Shown here: piece by piece, positions 28,089 to 36,579 of the stretch | Layout: every line of letters starts with the position of its first letter | Numbering within the stretch: the first letter of the stretch is position 1 | Notes under the pieces: generated by a model | Database searches by the model: none | Told to the model about the DNA's origin: nothing | What the model saw: the letters and a program-made list of their open reading frames with translations, nothing else | Translations under genes and position numbers: made by a program | Source of the DNA: Patescibacteria group bacterium | GTDB taxonomy: Bacteria; Patescibacteriota; Gracilibacteria; Peribacterales; Peribacteraceae | Assembly: GCA_043819035.1 (NCBI GenBank) | Contig: JBDRFD010000009.1 | Location: 1 to 52,977 of the forward strand | DNA: 52,977 bases | Direction: 5' to 3'

Positions 28089-28267
28089 CTGTTAGTTCTT
28101 GCTTGAGTTTCTTCTGCATCAACAACATCTGCAAAATGATTACGAGTACATTGTTGAATGAAACCTCGAAAATCACCCGGTGATGGTGCTTCTCTCTGAC
28201 ACCTCCGGCATAGAATTGAATCAGTAGTTACAAGACACTCGTCTGATCGGCCACAGTTAACTTCCAT
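28082..28267 (-). CDS. possible small Cys-rich protein (61 aa)
   Basis: The Cys pattern C-x5-C...C-x2-C suggests a zinc ribbon. Weak support. Confidence 0.25.
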   Translation of the reverse strand: MEVNCGRSDECLVTTDSILCRRCQREAPSPGDFRGFIQQCTRNHFADVVDAEETQARTNSE

Positions 28268-28293
28268 ATTACAAATTTGGGAAAAAAGAATAA

Positions 28294-28527
28294 CTACTTA
28301 TCTCTAAGGTCTTCTCCATGACATTCCGCACTAGTTGAATTATCCTCATCAGAATCTGTGACATCCGCTCCGGTCTCTCCAAAATATCCAAGTGTTCGAG
28401 CTATTCTGTGACCATACTTCTCCACAGCCTGCTGACGTGTGAGGTGCTCGCGCTTCGCACCAGCCTTATCAGGTATTTCTGGGAGGGATTCCCTGTACAT
28501 AACATTTAAATTATAGCAATATTTCAC
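28294..28527 (-). CDS. hypothetical small acidic protein
   Basis: ORF only. Alternative ATG at 28500. Confidence 0.25.
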   Translation of the reverse strand: MKYCYNLNVMYRESLPEIPDKAGAKREHLTRQQAVEKYGHRIARTLGYFGETGADVTDSDEDNSTSAECHGEDLRDK

Positions 28528-28593
28528 TCCCTGTCAATTCTTGTTAATTCTTCTGAAATCCCCAATTCCCATGTATAATTAGCAACTTTCATT

Positions 28594-30120
28594 ATGCGCG
28601 AAATTCAGGGCAAATGCGGCATTGTTGCGATTCACGACTATCGAGTGCGCAATAACGTAACTGATACTTACGAATATACACGCAAACTTAAACACCGCGG
28701 GCAGCATGCGTGCGGGCATCTGTATGTCCAGGAGGGAACTAGGGAAAATACCCTTACGGTAGTCACTCACAATGGATCAATAGAGGGACTTGAAAAGAAA
28801 CTGCATGAAGCTCAACGAGTACCTTATACACGCATCACCGCTGGGCACACGCAATACCGCACGAGTGGTCCACATGAGACAGAGGTTGATTTAACTGTAC
28901 CCGATCCATGTTCAGCGCAACCCATGGCGAGCAAAGATGGTTCACTTGCCATCCTTTGGAATGGCAATCTCCCCGATCCCGACATCAGGAGAAAAGATGA
29001 GTCCGTAGACACGCAGACACTTCTTCGCCTTATCGAAGAAAGTGTATGTCAATCTCAGCGACAAGATATGACGGAAGTAATGAGCGGCACATTCCGGAGC
29101 ATAGAGCAAGTGGCGATTGGAGCATTCAATATCGCCGTGGTGCATAAGGGGGATCCCGAAAACCACATACTTGCCTCTCTTTTTGCATACCGAGACCGAA
29201 GGGGAACCAGACCTTTTGGATACACCATGTACAACGGTCAACTACTCGTCGCTTCCGAAAATCGCGCATGTCCTTACCCCGATGCCGTTTGGAGAGACAT
29301 TCCCCCAGGGCACATGATTAACTCACTCACTCCTTATCCAGAACCTCAAGAAGTGATACCAGCAGACAAGTGCCATTGCTTCTTCGAATGGACATACTTT
29401 GCACATGTGACATCACGATTTGATGGTATCGGTGTTGCAGAAGCTCGTAATCACTTCGGAAGGATTCTAGCACAAGGAGATCGGGGTGCAGAATTCACTG
29501 CAAATAAGCAAGGCGTATATGTAGTACCAGTACCCGATTCAGCGAAAGCCGGAGCTGCAGGCTATGCCGATGAGCTGAAAATCCCCACCAATACCGATGC
29601 GATAACAAGGAATCCCGCTTTCCTTGGTCGTAAATTTATCGATCAGAGCAGTGAAGGGAAGAAACACATGATTCATGAAGAAGAGATACACGGAAAAACG
29701 CTTATCGTGGTTGAGGATAGTTTTGTACGTGGCGATACAATCATAGACCTCATTGAGGACCTGCTCAGAGCTCACCCAAAAGAAATTCACCTTCGTTTTT
29801 GTTCGCCACCCTTCCTTGGACCCTGCTACAAAGGAATCGACATCCGCTCCAGTAATGAACTCTTTATTCCCAAGCTCTTCAATTACCAAGTACCACCATT
29901 TGATAAAGATGGCTGCCTACCACAGCGGGCTTTAGAAAGAATTGCACAGGCACTGCATGTGAATTCCGTACGTTTCCTCCCCATACCCGGCGTCCCCGAA
30001 GCACTGAGAAAGGAACAACATGATCTTTGCATGTCCTGTGTTGATTGTCAGTATAATACTGAAGTGGAAAGGAGACTTTATAATCTGGATTTGAAGAAGG
30101 TGCGTACACAAAAAACATAG
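28594..30120 (+). CDS. purF: amidophosphoribosyltransferase-like (class II glutamine amidotransferase + PRTase)
   Basis: Short propeptide then CGIVAI (Ntn Cys), VVPVPDSAKAG, the PRPP motif LIVVEDSFVRGDT, and C-terminal Cys cluster CMSCVDC. Confidence 0.7.
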   Translation: MREIQGKCGIVAIHDYRVRNNVTDTYEYTRKLKHRGQHACGHLYVQEGTRENTLTVVTHNGSIEGLEKKLHEAQRVPYTRITAGHTQYRTSGPHETEVDLTVPDPCSAQPMASKDGSLAILWNGNLPDPDIRRKDESVDTQTLLRLIEESVCQSQRQDMTEVMSGTFRSIEQVAIGAFNIAVVHKGDPENHILASLFAYRDRRGTRPFGYTMYNGQLLVASENRACPYPDAVWRDIPPGHMINSLTPYPEPQEVIPADKCHCFFEWTYFAHVTSRFDGIGVAEARNHFGRILAQGDRGAEFTANKQGVYVVPVPDSAKAGAAGYADELKIPTNTDAITRNPAFLGRKFIDQSSEGKKHMIHEEEIHGKTLIVVEDSFVRGDTIIDLIEDLLRAHPKEIHLRFCSPPFLGPCYKGIDIRSSNELFIPKLFNYQVPPFDKDGCLPQRALERIAQALHVNSVRFLPIPGVPEALRKEQHDLCMSCVDCQYNTEVERRLYNLDLKKVRTQKT

Positions 30121-30272
30121 AGTTCTCTACACACTACAAATAACGTACAATGCTTATTACAAGGGTCAGTAGCTCCCACCTTCCCTTGCACCGATCGCGC
30201 TATGCGCTCTGGTGCAGGGTACGGCGGGCGAGATATGCTTCTTTCCTTCACTTGTTCTTTCATTTGTTTCTC

Positions 30273-30347
30273 GGGTCAGTAGCTCAGTGGTAGAGCAGAG
30301 GCCTTTTAAGCCTTTGGCCGTGGGTTCGATCCCCACCTGACCCACCA
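30273..30347 (+). tRNA. tRNA-Lys (UUU), CCA encoded
   Basis: Acceptor GGGTCAG/CTGACCC, anticodon arm GAGGC-CTTTTAA-GCCTT, T arm GTGGG-TTCGATC-CCCAC, discriminator A. Confidence 0.85.
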
Positions 30348-30625
30348 GCCTTCGCGCAGCGAAGGCTGCCCGCTGTAGCCCTCTGGGCTTCGGGGATTAT
30401 ACTATTTGCAAAGTCGCTGCGGCTACGGCTGGCAAGCCAACCAGAGGCGAAGGTGGGCTACTAAAGTCAAGCCAAGGAACGAATACGACCCCACCTGACC
30501 CACCAGCCTTCGCGCAGCGAAGGCTGCCCGCTGTAGCCCTCTGGGCTTCGGGGATTATACTATTTGCAAAGTCGCTGCGGCTACGGCTGGCAAGCCAACC
30601 AGAGGCGAAGGTGGGCTAGTCAAAG
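30331..30625 (+). repeat. two tandem ~158-bp units, each starting with the last 17 nt of tRNA-Lys
   Basis: CCCCACCTGACCCACCAGCCTTCGCGCAGCGAAGG... occurs at 30331 and again at 30489. About 128 nt are identical. A third partial copy (CCTAACCTGACCCACCA) lies at 30690-30706. Confidence 0.85.
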
Positions 30626-30931
30626 GCGTAGCCGGTTTGACCTACACGGGGGCAAGCCCCCGCGATTCTGACAGGGTTTTTTAGAGGAGCCTAACCTGAC
30701 CCACCATTCTTAGGAAGATTTTTCACTGGCATCAGAACTAAGACATTTCTGAACATCATCGCACGTATGGCGAAAAGTCCCCTGCCTTGCGCACAGTGCA
30801 AGAAGGTCGCTATGCGGCCTGTGTGCATTAGAAATTCCTATTTCTACTGGACGCATATAATCTCTGGCCGCTTTTGTTACTCTCTGTTCCATGCAGTAAA
30901 TATACTCTTTATTCTCTATAATCAACAAGAC

Positions 30932-32047
30932 ATGAAAGTAGCCCTCGTCCATGAATTATTGACTATGAGAGGCGGCGCTGAGCGCGTTCTGCGGATCATT
31001 GCAGATATGTTCCCGGATGCTCCTATCTACACACTCCTCTATGACGAGAAGAAGTTGGGTGATTGGTTTCCAAAAGAACGTATATACATGAGTTCCCTTC
31101 AAAAAAGTTTTCCCCTTACCCCTTTCCAATTTCCCCTTAACCACCACCTCTATCTTCCGTTTTTCCCGAAAGCTGTCGAAAGCTGGGATTTCTTTGAATA
31201 CGATCTTGTGCTTTCTACTTCCTCCGCATTTGTTCACGGAATCATCACCAACGGGAAACCCAAACACCTAAGCTACATCCACTCCCCTGCCCGCTACCTG
31301 TGGGACCGGACGCATGATGTTTTAGATCGAGCAGGTAAAGGAATATTCGGACCGATCAAAAGACGATATCTTGAACGCACATTCCACAAACTTCGCATTT
31401 GGGATAGCGAAGCAGCCGCGCGACCGGATAAACTCTTAGCGGCATCAAAAGAAGTACAAAGGAGAATCGAGCTTTATTGGAGACGGGAGAGTGACGTTGT
31501 ATATCCGCCGATTGATGACTCTTGGCTCACAATCAAAACACAGAAAACAAAACCCAAAACCCAATCGTATTTTCTAATAGCCTCAACGTTAGTACCTTAT
31601 AAGAAAATCGAGTTAGCCATTGAAGCATGTAATAAAGGGAAAAAAATATTGATGATCGTTGGCGATGGACCGGACAAGAAGAGACTTCAGAATCTCGCCG
31701 GACCTACAGTCGAATTCCTCGGATACGTTCCACATGAAGAACTTAAAGATCTCTACACAAACGCAAAAGCAACAATCTTCCCAGGTCTGGAGGACTTTGG
31801 CCTTGTCCCCGTTGAATCCATGGCATGCGGGACACCGGTGGTCGCCTTCGGAAAAGGAGGAGCACTGGAAACAATCACGGAAGAGACAGGTGTGTTCTTT
31901 GGAGAACAAACTTCTGATTCTCTTTTGGAAGCTATAGGAAAAGTTGAACAGAGGAATTTCGAAGCACATACATTGAACGTACAGGCGAAGAAGTTTTCAC
32001 GGGAACGATTTGAGGAGGGAATCCGTAGGGCTATCGAGAAAATATAG
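30932..32047 (+). CDS. GT-B fold glycosyltransferase (family 4-like)
   Basis: ATG at 30932 (MKVALVHE..GGAERV). The C-terminus has FPGLEDFGLVPVESMACGTPVV (EX7E-type). Confidence 0.75.
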   Translation: MKVALVHELLTMRGGAERVLRIIADMFPDAPIYTLLYDEKKLGDWFPKERIYMSSLQKSFPLTPFQFPLNHHLYLPFFPKAVESWDFFEYDLVLSTSSAFVHGIITNGKPKHLSYIHSPARYLWDRTHDVLDRAGKGIFGPIKRRYLERTFHKLRIWDSEAAARPDKLLAASKEVQRRIELYWRRESDVVYPPIDDSWLTIKTQKTKPKTQSYFLIASTLVPYKKIELAIEACNKGKKILMIVGDGPDKKRLQNLAGPTVEFLGYVPHEELKDLYTNAKATIFPGLEDFGLVPVESMACGTPVVAFGKGGALETITEETGVFFGEQTSDSLLEAIGKVEQRNFEAHTLNVQAKKFSRERFEEGIRRAIEKI

Positions 32048-32050
32048 AAT

Positions 32051-32095
32051 CTACGGGAATGTAGAATTGAGAATTGTAATTCTTAATTCCCGTAG
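32051..32095. terminator. hairpin with heptamer words (AGAATTG AGAATTG / AATTCTT AATTCC)
   Basis: Outer stem CTACGGGAAT / ATTCCCGTAG. It lies between the convergent glycosyltransferase (+) and ruvB (-). Confidence 0.65.
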
Positions 32096-32106
32096 GTTTT
32101 AAATTC

Positions 32107-33156
32107 TTAATTCTGGAACAATTGCCCCTGCACGCTATCCGGAATCGCCATCCCCAGAAGTTCATACGCAAGCCTGGTAGCTGTTCTGCCCTTTGGTGTC
32201 CTTTGAAGAAAACCTTCCTGCAGAAGATACGGCTCATACATGTCTTCCAAAGTCTGCTCTTCCTCAGATGTAGCAGCCGCTAATGTGGAAAGCCCAACAG
32301 GCCCTCCGTCAAATTTTTCGATAATCGCCATTAAAATCGCACGATCCGTTCGATCAAGTCCCCGATCATCTACCCCAAGAGAATCGAGTGTTTCGCAAAC
32401 TCGCTTCACGGTGACGCACGATTCCCCATTCACCTGTGCGAAATCCCGGACAGCGCGAACGAGGCGATTGCCAACTCGCGGTGTCGCTCTGCAACTTTTC
32501 GCAATACGCTCGGCAGCATCCTTATCTATTTTGATCTCCAGAATTCCGGCGCTGCGTTCCACAATTTGCTGCATCTCAATGTGAGAATAGAACTGCAGCT
32601 TAAACGTCTGAACGAAACGATCCCTGAGCGGTGCACTGATGGATCCGGCTTTGGTTGTAGCACCAACGAGCGTGAAAGGCTTGAGGTCCAATCGCATCGA
32701 ACGTGCAGTTGGCCCTTTGCCGATGACCAAATCCAAAGCATAATCTTCCATTGCACTGTAGAGCACTTCTTCGATTACAGGACGTAAGCGATGAATCTCA
32801 TCAATGAAGAGGACATCCCCTGCCGAAAGATTCGTTAATAAGGAGGCGAGGTCACCGGGCTTCTCGATCGCCGGACCGGATGTGATACGCACCTGTGATT
32901 CCATCTCGTGCGCGATGATATGCGCAAGTGTTGTCTTCCCCAGCCCCGGGGGCCCGTGCAGAAGCGTGTGCCCGAGTGGCTCAGAGCGCTTCTTCGCTGC
33001 CTCTATGTGCACAAGGAGGTGTCCTTTGATTTCGCTCTGACCAACATATTCACTCAGACGCTTCGGACGGAGCGTCTGCTCAAACGCATCATTGTCACGG
33101 AGCGTCTTCGTCGGTTGGATCACGTGCTCGTGCCTTGAGGTTCGTTGGACTGCCAT
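32107..33156 (-). CDS. ruvB: Holliday junction branch-migration ATPase RuvB
   Basis: LRPK.L.EYVGQ, Walker [12 protein letters not shown], Walker B FIDEIHRL, and sensor TLVGATT. Confidence 0.92.
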   Translation of the reverse strand: MAVQRTSRHEHVIQPTKTLRDNDAFEQTLRPKRLSEYVGQSEIKGHLLVHIEAAKKRSEPLGHTLLHGPPGLGKTTLAHIIAHEMESQVRITSGPAIEKPGDLASLLTNLSAGDVLFIDEIHRLRPVIEEVLYSAMEDYALDLVIGKGPTARSMRLDLKPFTLVGATTKAGSISAPLRDRFVQTFKLQFYSHIEMQQIVERSAGILEIKIDKDAAERIAKSCRATPRVGNRLVRAVRDFAQVNGESCVTVKRVCETLDSLGVDDRGLDRTDRAILMAIIEKFDGGPVGLSTLAAATSEEEQTLEDMYEPYLLQEGFLQRTPKGRTATRLAYELLGMAIPDSVQGQLFQN

Positions 33157-33210
33157 AGGTAATCATTGTAGCAGAATCATATTTTTTGGGTGTTTTGAAA
33201 TAATAAAAAA

Positions 33211-33306
33211 GAAACCAAAGAAACCAAGGAATCCAAAGAAACCAAAGGAGAAGTGAAACAGTGCCCATTGGTTTCTTAGGTTTCTTTGGTTTCCTTGGAT
33301 TCCTTG
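33211..33306. repeat. hairpin of 9-nt words (GAAACCAAA GAAACCAAG GAATCCAAA ... / complement) in a divergent gap
   Basis: The arms are complementary. It lies between the ruvB start (33156, -) and the next + strand gene start, so it is not in a terminator position. Confidence 0.6.
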
Positions 33307-33310
33307 CCCA

Positions 33311-33907
33311 TTGCGGTACAATCCCCCCGTGAGCAAGACGCTCGTCACCCTCGGCCTCATCGTCGTCCTCGTGGGACTTGGCACCGCCGATGCCATCTTT
33401 ACGGAAGCAAGACTTCCTTCGATAGAGCCTGCGGATCAAGAGCCTGTCATCAGGCCTCCCAGCCAACCAACGGTGACTCAAAAATCGTATGGTCCCAACG
33501 TACTGGAAACAATCGTCTCTCAGCGCTTCACATTCAGTAACACCGGTGAGTCCGGTTTGATCGAGCGCATCATCACTGATGGAACGAAAGTGGAATCCCG
33601 CACGCTCATCAAAGATGGAGACCGCAGCGGCTTGATTGCCTGGACGGATTCTCCGCGTGTAAAGGTGTACTTCCTAGCATTAAAGGAGGCACTGCACACG
33701 TCTTTCTCGCCTCAGGTGCAAGATCTCATCGATGAAACTCAGCGGGAACCCGGACGCCCGATTCAGAACCTTCTCACCTTCTTCGACCCCGCGATTAGTG
33801 AAGACCGTCTCGTTTTCATCCGTGTCCGAGAGAGGCTCTTTGAGTTCCATATCGCCAAGGATAAGGACGATGTGTTGTTTGGGTTGATTGAGGAGCTGAC
33901 AAAGTAG
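33311..33907 (+). CDS. secreted/membrane-anchored hypothetical protein
   Basis: ORF from TTG 33311 (alternative GTG at 33329). N-terminal hydrophobic LVTLGLIVVLVGLGTADA. Confidence 0.45.
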   Translation: MRYNPPVSKTLVTLGLIVVLVGLGTADAIFTEARLPSIEPADQEPVIRPPSQPTVTQKSYGPNVLETIVSQRFTFSNTGESGLIERIITDGTKVESRTLIKDGDRSGLIAWTDSPRVKVYFLALKEALHTSFSPQVQDLIDETQREPGRPIQNLLTFFDPAISEDRLVFIRVRERLFEFHIAKDKDDVLFGLIEELTK

Positions 33908-33910
33908 GAT

Positions 33911-34135
33911 GCATAGATAGACCTTAAAAGGTGATAGGTTTTAGGTGATTAGCCTGCCTGCCGGCAGGCAGGGTTTGGGGAATAGGTTTTTGGGTTATAA
34001 GGTTTGTATTCTGTTTCAGTTTTCTAACCCCTTCCCTAATCACCTTCAACCCAAACCTGCTTGTCCGCCGTAGTCCCACTATTCTCCTAAAGATGTAGGA
34101 CGAAAGTGGATTAAACCTATCACCTATAACCTTTT
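33911..34135 (-). mobile_element. MITE-like hairpin element, copy 1 (inverted orientation, with ~50-nt internal insertion)
   Basis: The reverse complement aligns with 40152-40308. Shares the GGTTATAGGT.../...ACCTATAACC termini and the central palindrome CCTGCCTGCCGGCAGGCAGG. Confidence 0.65.
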
Positions 34136-34256
34136 CATTGCTACAACATCTACCATTTATCCCAATAAAAGGAGTAAAATTCCACTTTAACGTTTGACGA
34201 TACATCCGCCAGTCCTTAAAGTACTGCCACTTTATACTTCGATTTCCTCAGTACAA

Positions 34257-34679
34257 GTGGCAAAACCTGTCTCCAAAGTTATCAAGGCTCAAGCACGCGG
34301 CGGGCAGGCAAATCCAGCTCCTCCTCTGGGGCCTGTACTTGGACAAGCAGGGATCGATATCAATGCGTTTTGTACTCAATTTAATGAGAAGACGAAGGAT
34401 CGCATGGGCCAGGTGATTCCGGTGGTTATCAAAGTCTACGATGATCGCAGCTTCAGCTTCGAACTCAAGCAACCTCCTGCTGCCAACTTGATCATGGAAA
34501 AAGCGAAAATTCAGAAAGGAAGTGGCGAACCTAACAAGACCAAAGTGGGGAAGATCACAAAGGCACAGCTCAAAGAAATTGCGGAAACAAAAATGTCCGA
34601 CCTTAATACTACAAACGTTGAACAGGCTATGAAGATCATTGAGGGAACTGCTAAAAATATGGGCGTGACAGTAGAGTAA
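34257..34679 (+). CDS. rplK: 50S ribosomal protein L11
   Basis: In-frame GTG at 34257 gives [10 protein letters not shown]...[23 protein letters not shown]. 140 aa. Confidence 0.9.
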   Translation: MAKPVSKVIKAQARGGQANPAPPLGPVLGQAGIDINAFCTQFNEKTKDRMGQVIPVVIKVYDDRSFSFELKQPPAANLIMEKAKIQKGSGEPNKTKVGKITKAQLKEIAETKMSDLNTTNVEQAMKIIEGTAKNMGVTVE

Positions 34680-34782
34680 AAAGATAAAGAAGAAAAAAAA
34701 AGAAAAAGAGGAAAGATTTGGAGAGAAATAGAATCCTTTTTTTCTTTTTTTGCCTTTTTATCTTTTTTCCCTCTACGAAGAC
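34680..34782. terminator. purine-run / pyrimidine-run hairpin after rplK
   Basis: AAAGATAAAGAAGAAAAAAAAAGAAAAAGAGG faces CCTTTTTTTCTTTTTTTGCCTTTTTATCTTTTTTCCCTC. A similar A/G-run hairpin occurs at 21613-21648. Confidence 0.5.
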
Positions 34783-34886
34783 ATAACAATAGTTAGAACA
34801 CGCGAAAGTGGTGTTGGCAATATTAAAAACGTGCAGACTCAAGCCCAAATCCGTAGTCTTACCCAGATCCTTCCCTTCCCCTCATC

Positions 34887-35552
34887 ATGATCGAAAATCC
34901 ACTCTCCACTGTGTTTGGTTCTGTTGGCGTAGTCTACGGACTCATTATGCCGGTCGTTCTGATTTTACTTTTTGCATTGTTCCTGATTGCAAGTTCGCTC
35001 AGTCCCGGCGCAAAGGCGCGCGGTACTGCGCAAGCAATGTATTGCACCGTCATGATGGCGATAGGTGTGCTCTTAATGACGATCGCAGCAATCCCAACAG
35101 TCACAAGTGTGCTCGCCGGTGAATCGTACGCAAGCGAGACATACTTGGGGCTCCTGATAGTCTTCGCCACCGGAGGATGCCTCTTCCTTTGGCATGATCA
35201 CTGGATGCGCACGCTGGATCCTGCTTCACGCTTGGTCCCCTCTCTCATCTTCCTATTCACGATCAAAACCATAGGAACACTCACAACGCTCCTTGCTGGT
35301 CTCTCCATCATTCTTACTTTTACTCTTGGTGGCGCTGAATATGGATGGTGGATCATGCCACTGACGCTCTTCCTCTATGGTGCGGTTCTCTTCATCAGCA
35401 CAGGAACAGTAAAGTCTCCTGCTGCAAAAAAGTTTAATTGCGCCCCTCTGTGTAAAACCTGCTTCAAGCCAAAACTTCCTAAGGTTATCACGGCATCTTC
35501 ACCAAGGAAGACCGCAACTAAGAAGAAAAAGGCACGAAAGAAGAATAAATAA
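34887..35552 (+). CDS. polytopic membrane protein (about 6 TM) with Lys-rich tail, unknown function
   Basis: 221-aa ORF with repeated hydrophobic helices. The C-terminus reads CAPLCKTC...KKKKARKKNK. It lies between rplK and rplA. Confidence 0.55.
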   Translation: MIENPLSTVFGSVGVVYGLIMPVVLILLFALFLIASSLSPGAKARGTAQAMYCTVMMAIGVLLMTIAAIPTVTSVLAGESYASETYLGLLIVFATGGCLFLWHDHWMRTLDPASRLVPSLIFLFTIKTIGTLTTLLAGLSIILTFTLGGAEYGWWIMPLTLFLYGAVLFISTGTVKSPAAKKFNCAPLCKTCFKPKLPKVITASSPRKTATKKKKARKKNK

Positions 35553-35697
35553 GGAGATATTTCGTTGCAAACACTTCCATCATCGGACAGAATTGACTTC
35601 CCTTTGTGGGAGCTAGACGCGCTGTCTCGTTTCGAGGGTATCTCGAAATAATGAAATGACGGTGATCGAGCATTTGTACCACATACCCCCAATTCAC

Positions 35698-36399
35698 ATG
35701 CCTTCACAGAAATCCCCTGTTGCGCGGAAGCACGGAAAGAAATATGCAGAAAAAAGTGCGCTTGTTGAAATGAAGAAGTATTCCATTGAAGAAGCGGTTG
35801 CGCTGCTTCCAAAACTCTCGACTACCTCTTTTGATGCTACTGCAGAACTCCACATTCGCATCAATGCCGATACCACCCAGGCAGATCAGCTTGTCCGCAC
35901 GACCGTCTCACTTCCACATGGAACAGGTAAGAAAGTGCGCGTTGCTGCATTTGTGCCGGATGACATGATCGACAAAGCCAAGAAAGCCGGTGCTACCAAA
36001 GCTGGTAATGAAGATTTAATTAAGGAAGTTGCCGCTGAGAAGATCGATTTTGATATCGCCGTAGCACATCCCACTCTCATGAAAGATCTCGGTAAGGTTG
36101 CAAAGATCCTCGGCCAGCGCGGCATGATGCCCAATCCCAAAGCAGGAACAGTCACTCCAAACATCGAGAAGGCAATTGATGAGCTCAACAAAGGCCGTAT
36201 CGAATGTAAGATGGATAACCAAGGCATCATCCACACCATTTTTGGAAAGATGTCGTTTGGAGAAGAAAAACTTAAGGAGAACCTCGAAGCGATTATCAAA
36301 GCGGTCAAAGATGCCAAGCCCGCCGGAATCAAGAGTACATATATTGCATCTGCGACCATTGCTCCGAGTATGGGACCGGGGATTAAGATTGAAGTGTAG
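35698..36399 (+). CDS. rplA: 50S ribosomal protein L1
   Basis: ATG at 35698. KHGKKY, FDATAELHIRIN.D....DQ.VR..V.LPHGTGK.VRVA.F. Confidence 0.9.
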   Translation: MPSQKSPVARKHGKKYAEKSALVEMKKYSIEEAVALLPKLSTTSFDATAELHIRINADTTQADQLVRTTVSLPHGTGKKVRVAAFVPDDMIDKAKKAGATKAGNEDLIKEVAAEKIDFDIAVAHPTLMKDLGKVAKILGQRGMMPNPKAGTVTPNIEKAIDELNKGRIECKMDNQGIIHTIFGKMSFGEEKLKENLEAIIKAVKDAKPAGIKSTYIASATIAPSMGPGIKIEV

Positions 36400-36418
36400 A
36401 CCTGGACGCTCTCTACAC

Positions 36419-36558
36419 GGACGCTTCGCGTCCTTTCGACACGCTTCGCTTTCAACAATCGACTGTTGACTGTTGAAAGATCGCCGCGGCCGAGGACGGC
36501 CGCTGCTGGGTTCTTAATCTTTTTCCACCCCAGCAGCAGCCCTCCGGGCTGCGGCGAT
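36419..36558. terminator. cluster of GC-rich hairpins between convergent rplA and dus
   Basis: GGACGCTTCGCGTCC; CTTTCAAC..GACTGTTGACTGTTGAAAG; ATCGCCGC...GCGGCGAT enclosing GGCCGAGGACGGCC and GCTGCTGGG..CCCAGCAGC. Confidence 0.55.
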
Positions 36559-36579
36559 TCTTCAGACGGAACGAGCGTG

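Noticed and set aside
30331-30706. Possible CRISPR array, because of regularly spaced repeats
   Set aside because: Only two full units are present, at 158-bp spacing, with ~128 nt identical. There are no short unique spacers, the repeats include a tRNA 3' end, and there are no cas genes in the window.
23644-30706. Calling the tRNA-adjacent segments integrated genomic islands or prophage remnants
   Set aside because: No integrase, recombinase or phage gene is present, and the segments are only 0.14-0.6 kb. They are reported as att-like repeat scars of unknown mechanism instead.
33095-33481. 128-aa and 77-aa minus-strand ORFs (and 4391-4645 at the MurF-like locus) rich in FLGF/PKKP repeats
   Set aside because: They are translations of the 9-nt word hairpins and of the antisense strand of real genes.
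35886-36458. 190-aa ORF antisense to rplA, plus many similar antisense ORFs inside argS, metG, clpC, rpsA, the VirB4-like gene and the deacetylase-like gene
   Set aside because: These are shadow ORFs opposite strongly supported conserved genes. They have low-complexity Ser/Arg-rich translations and no motifs.
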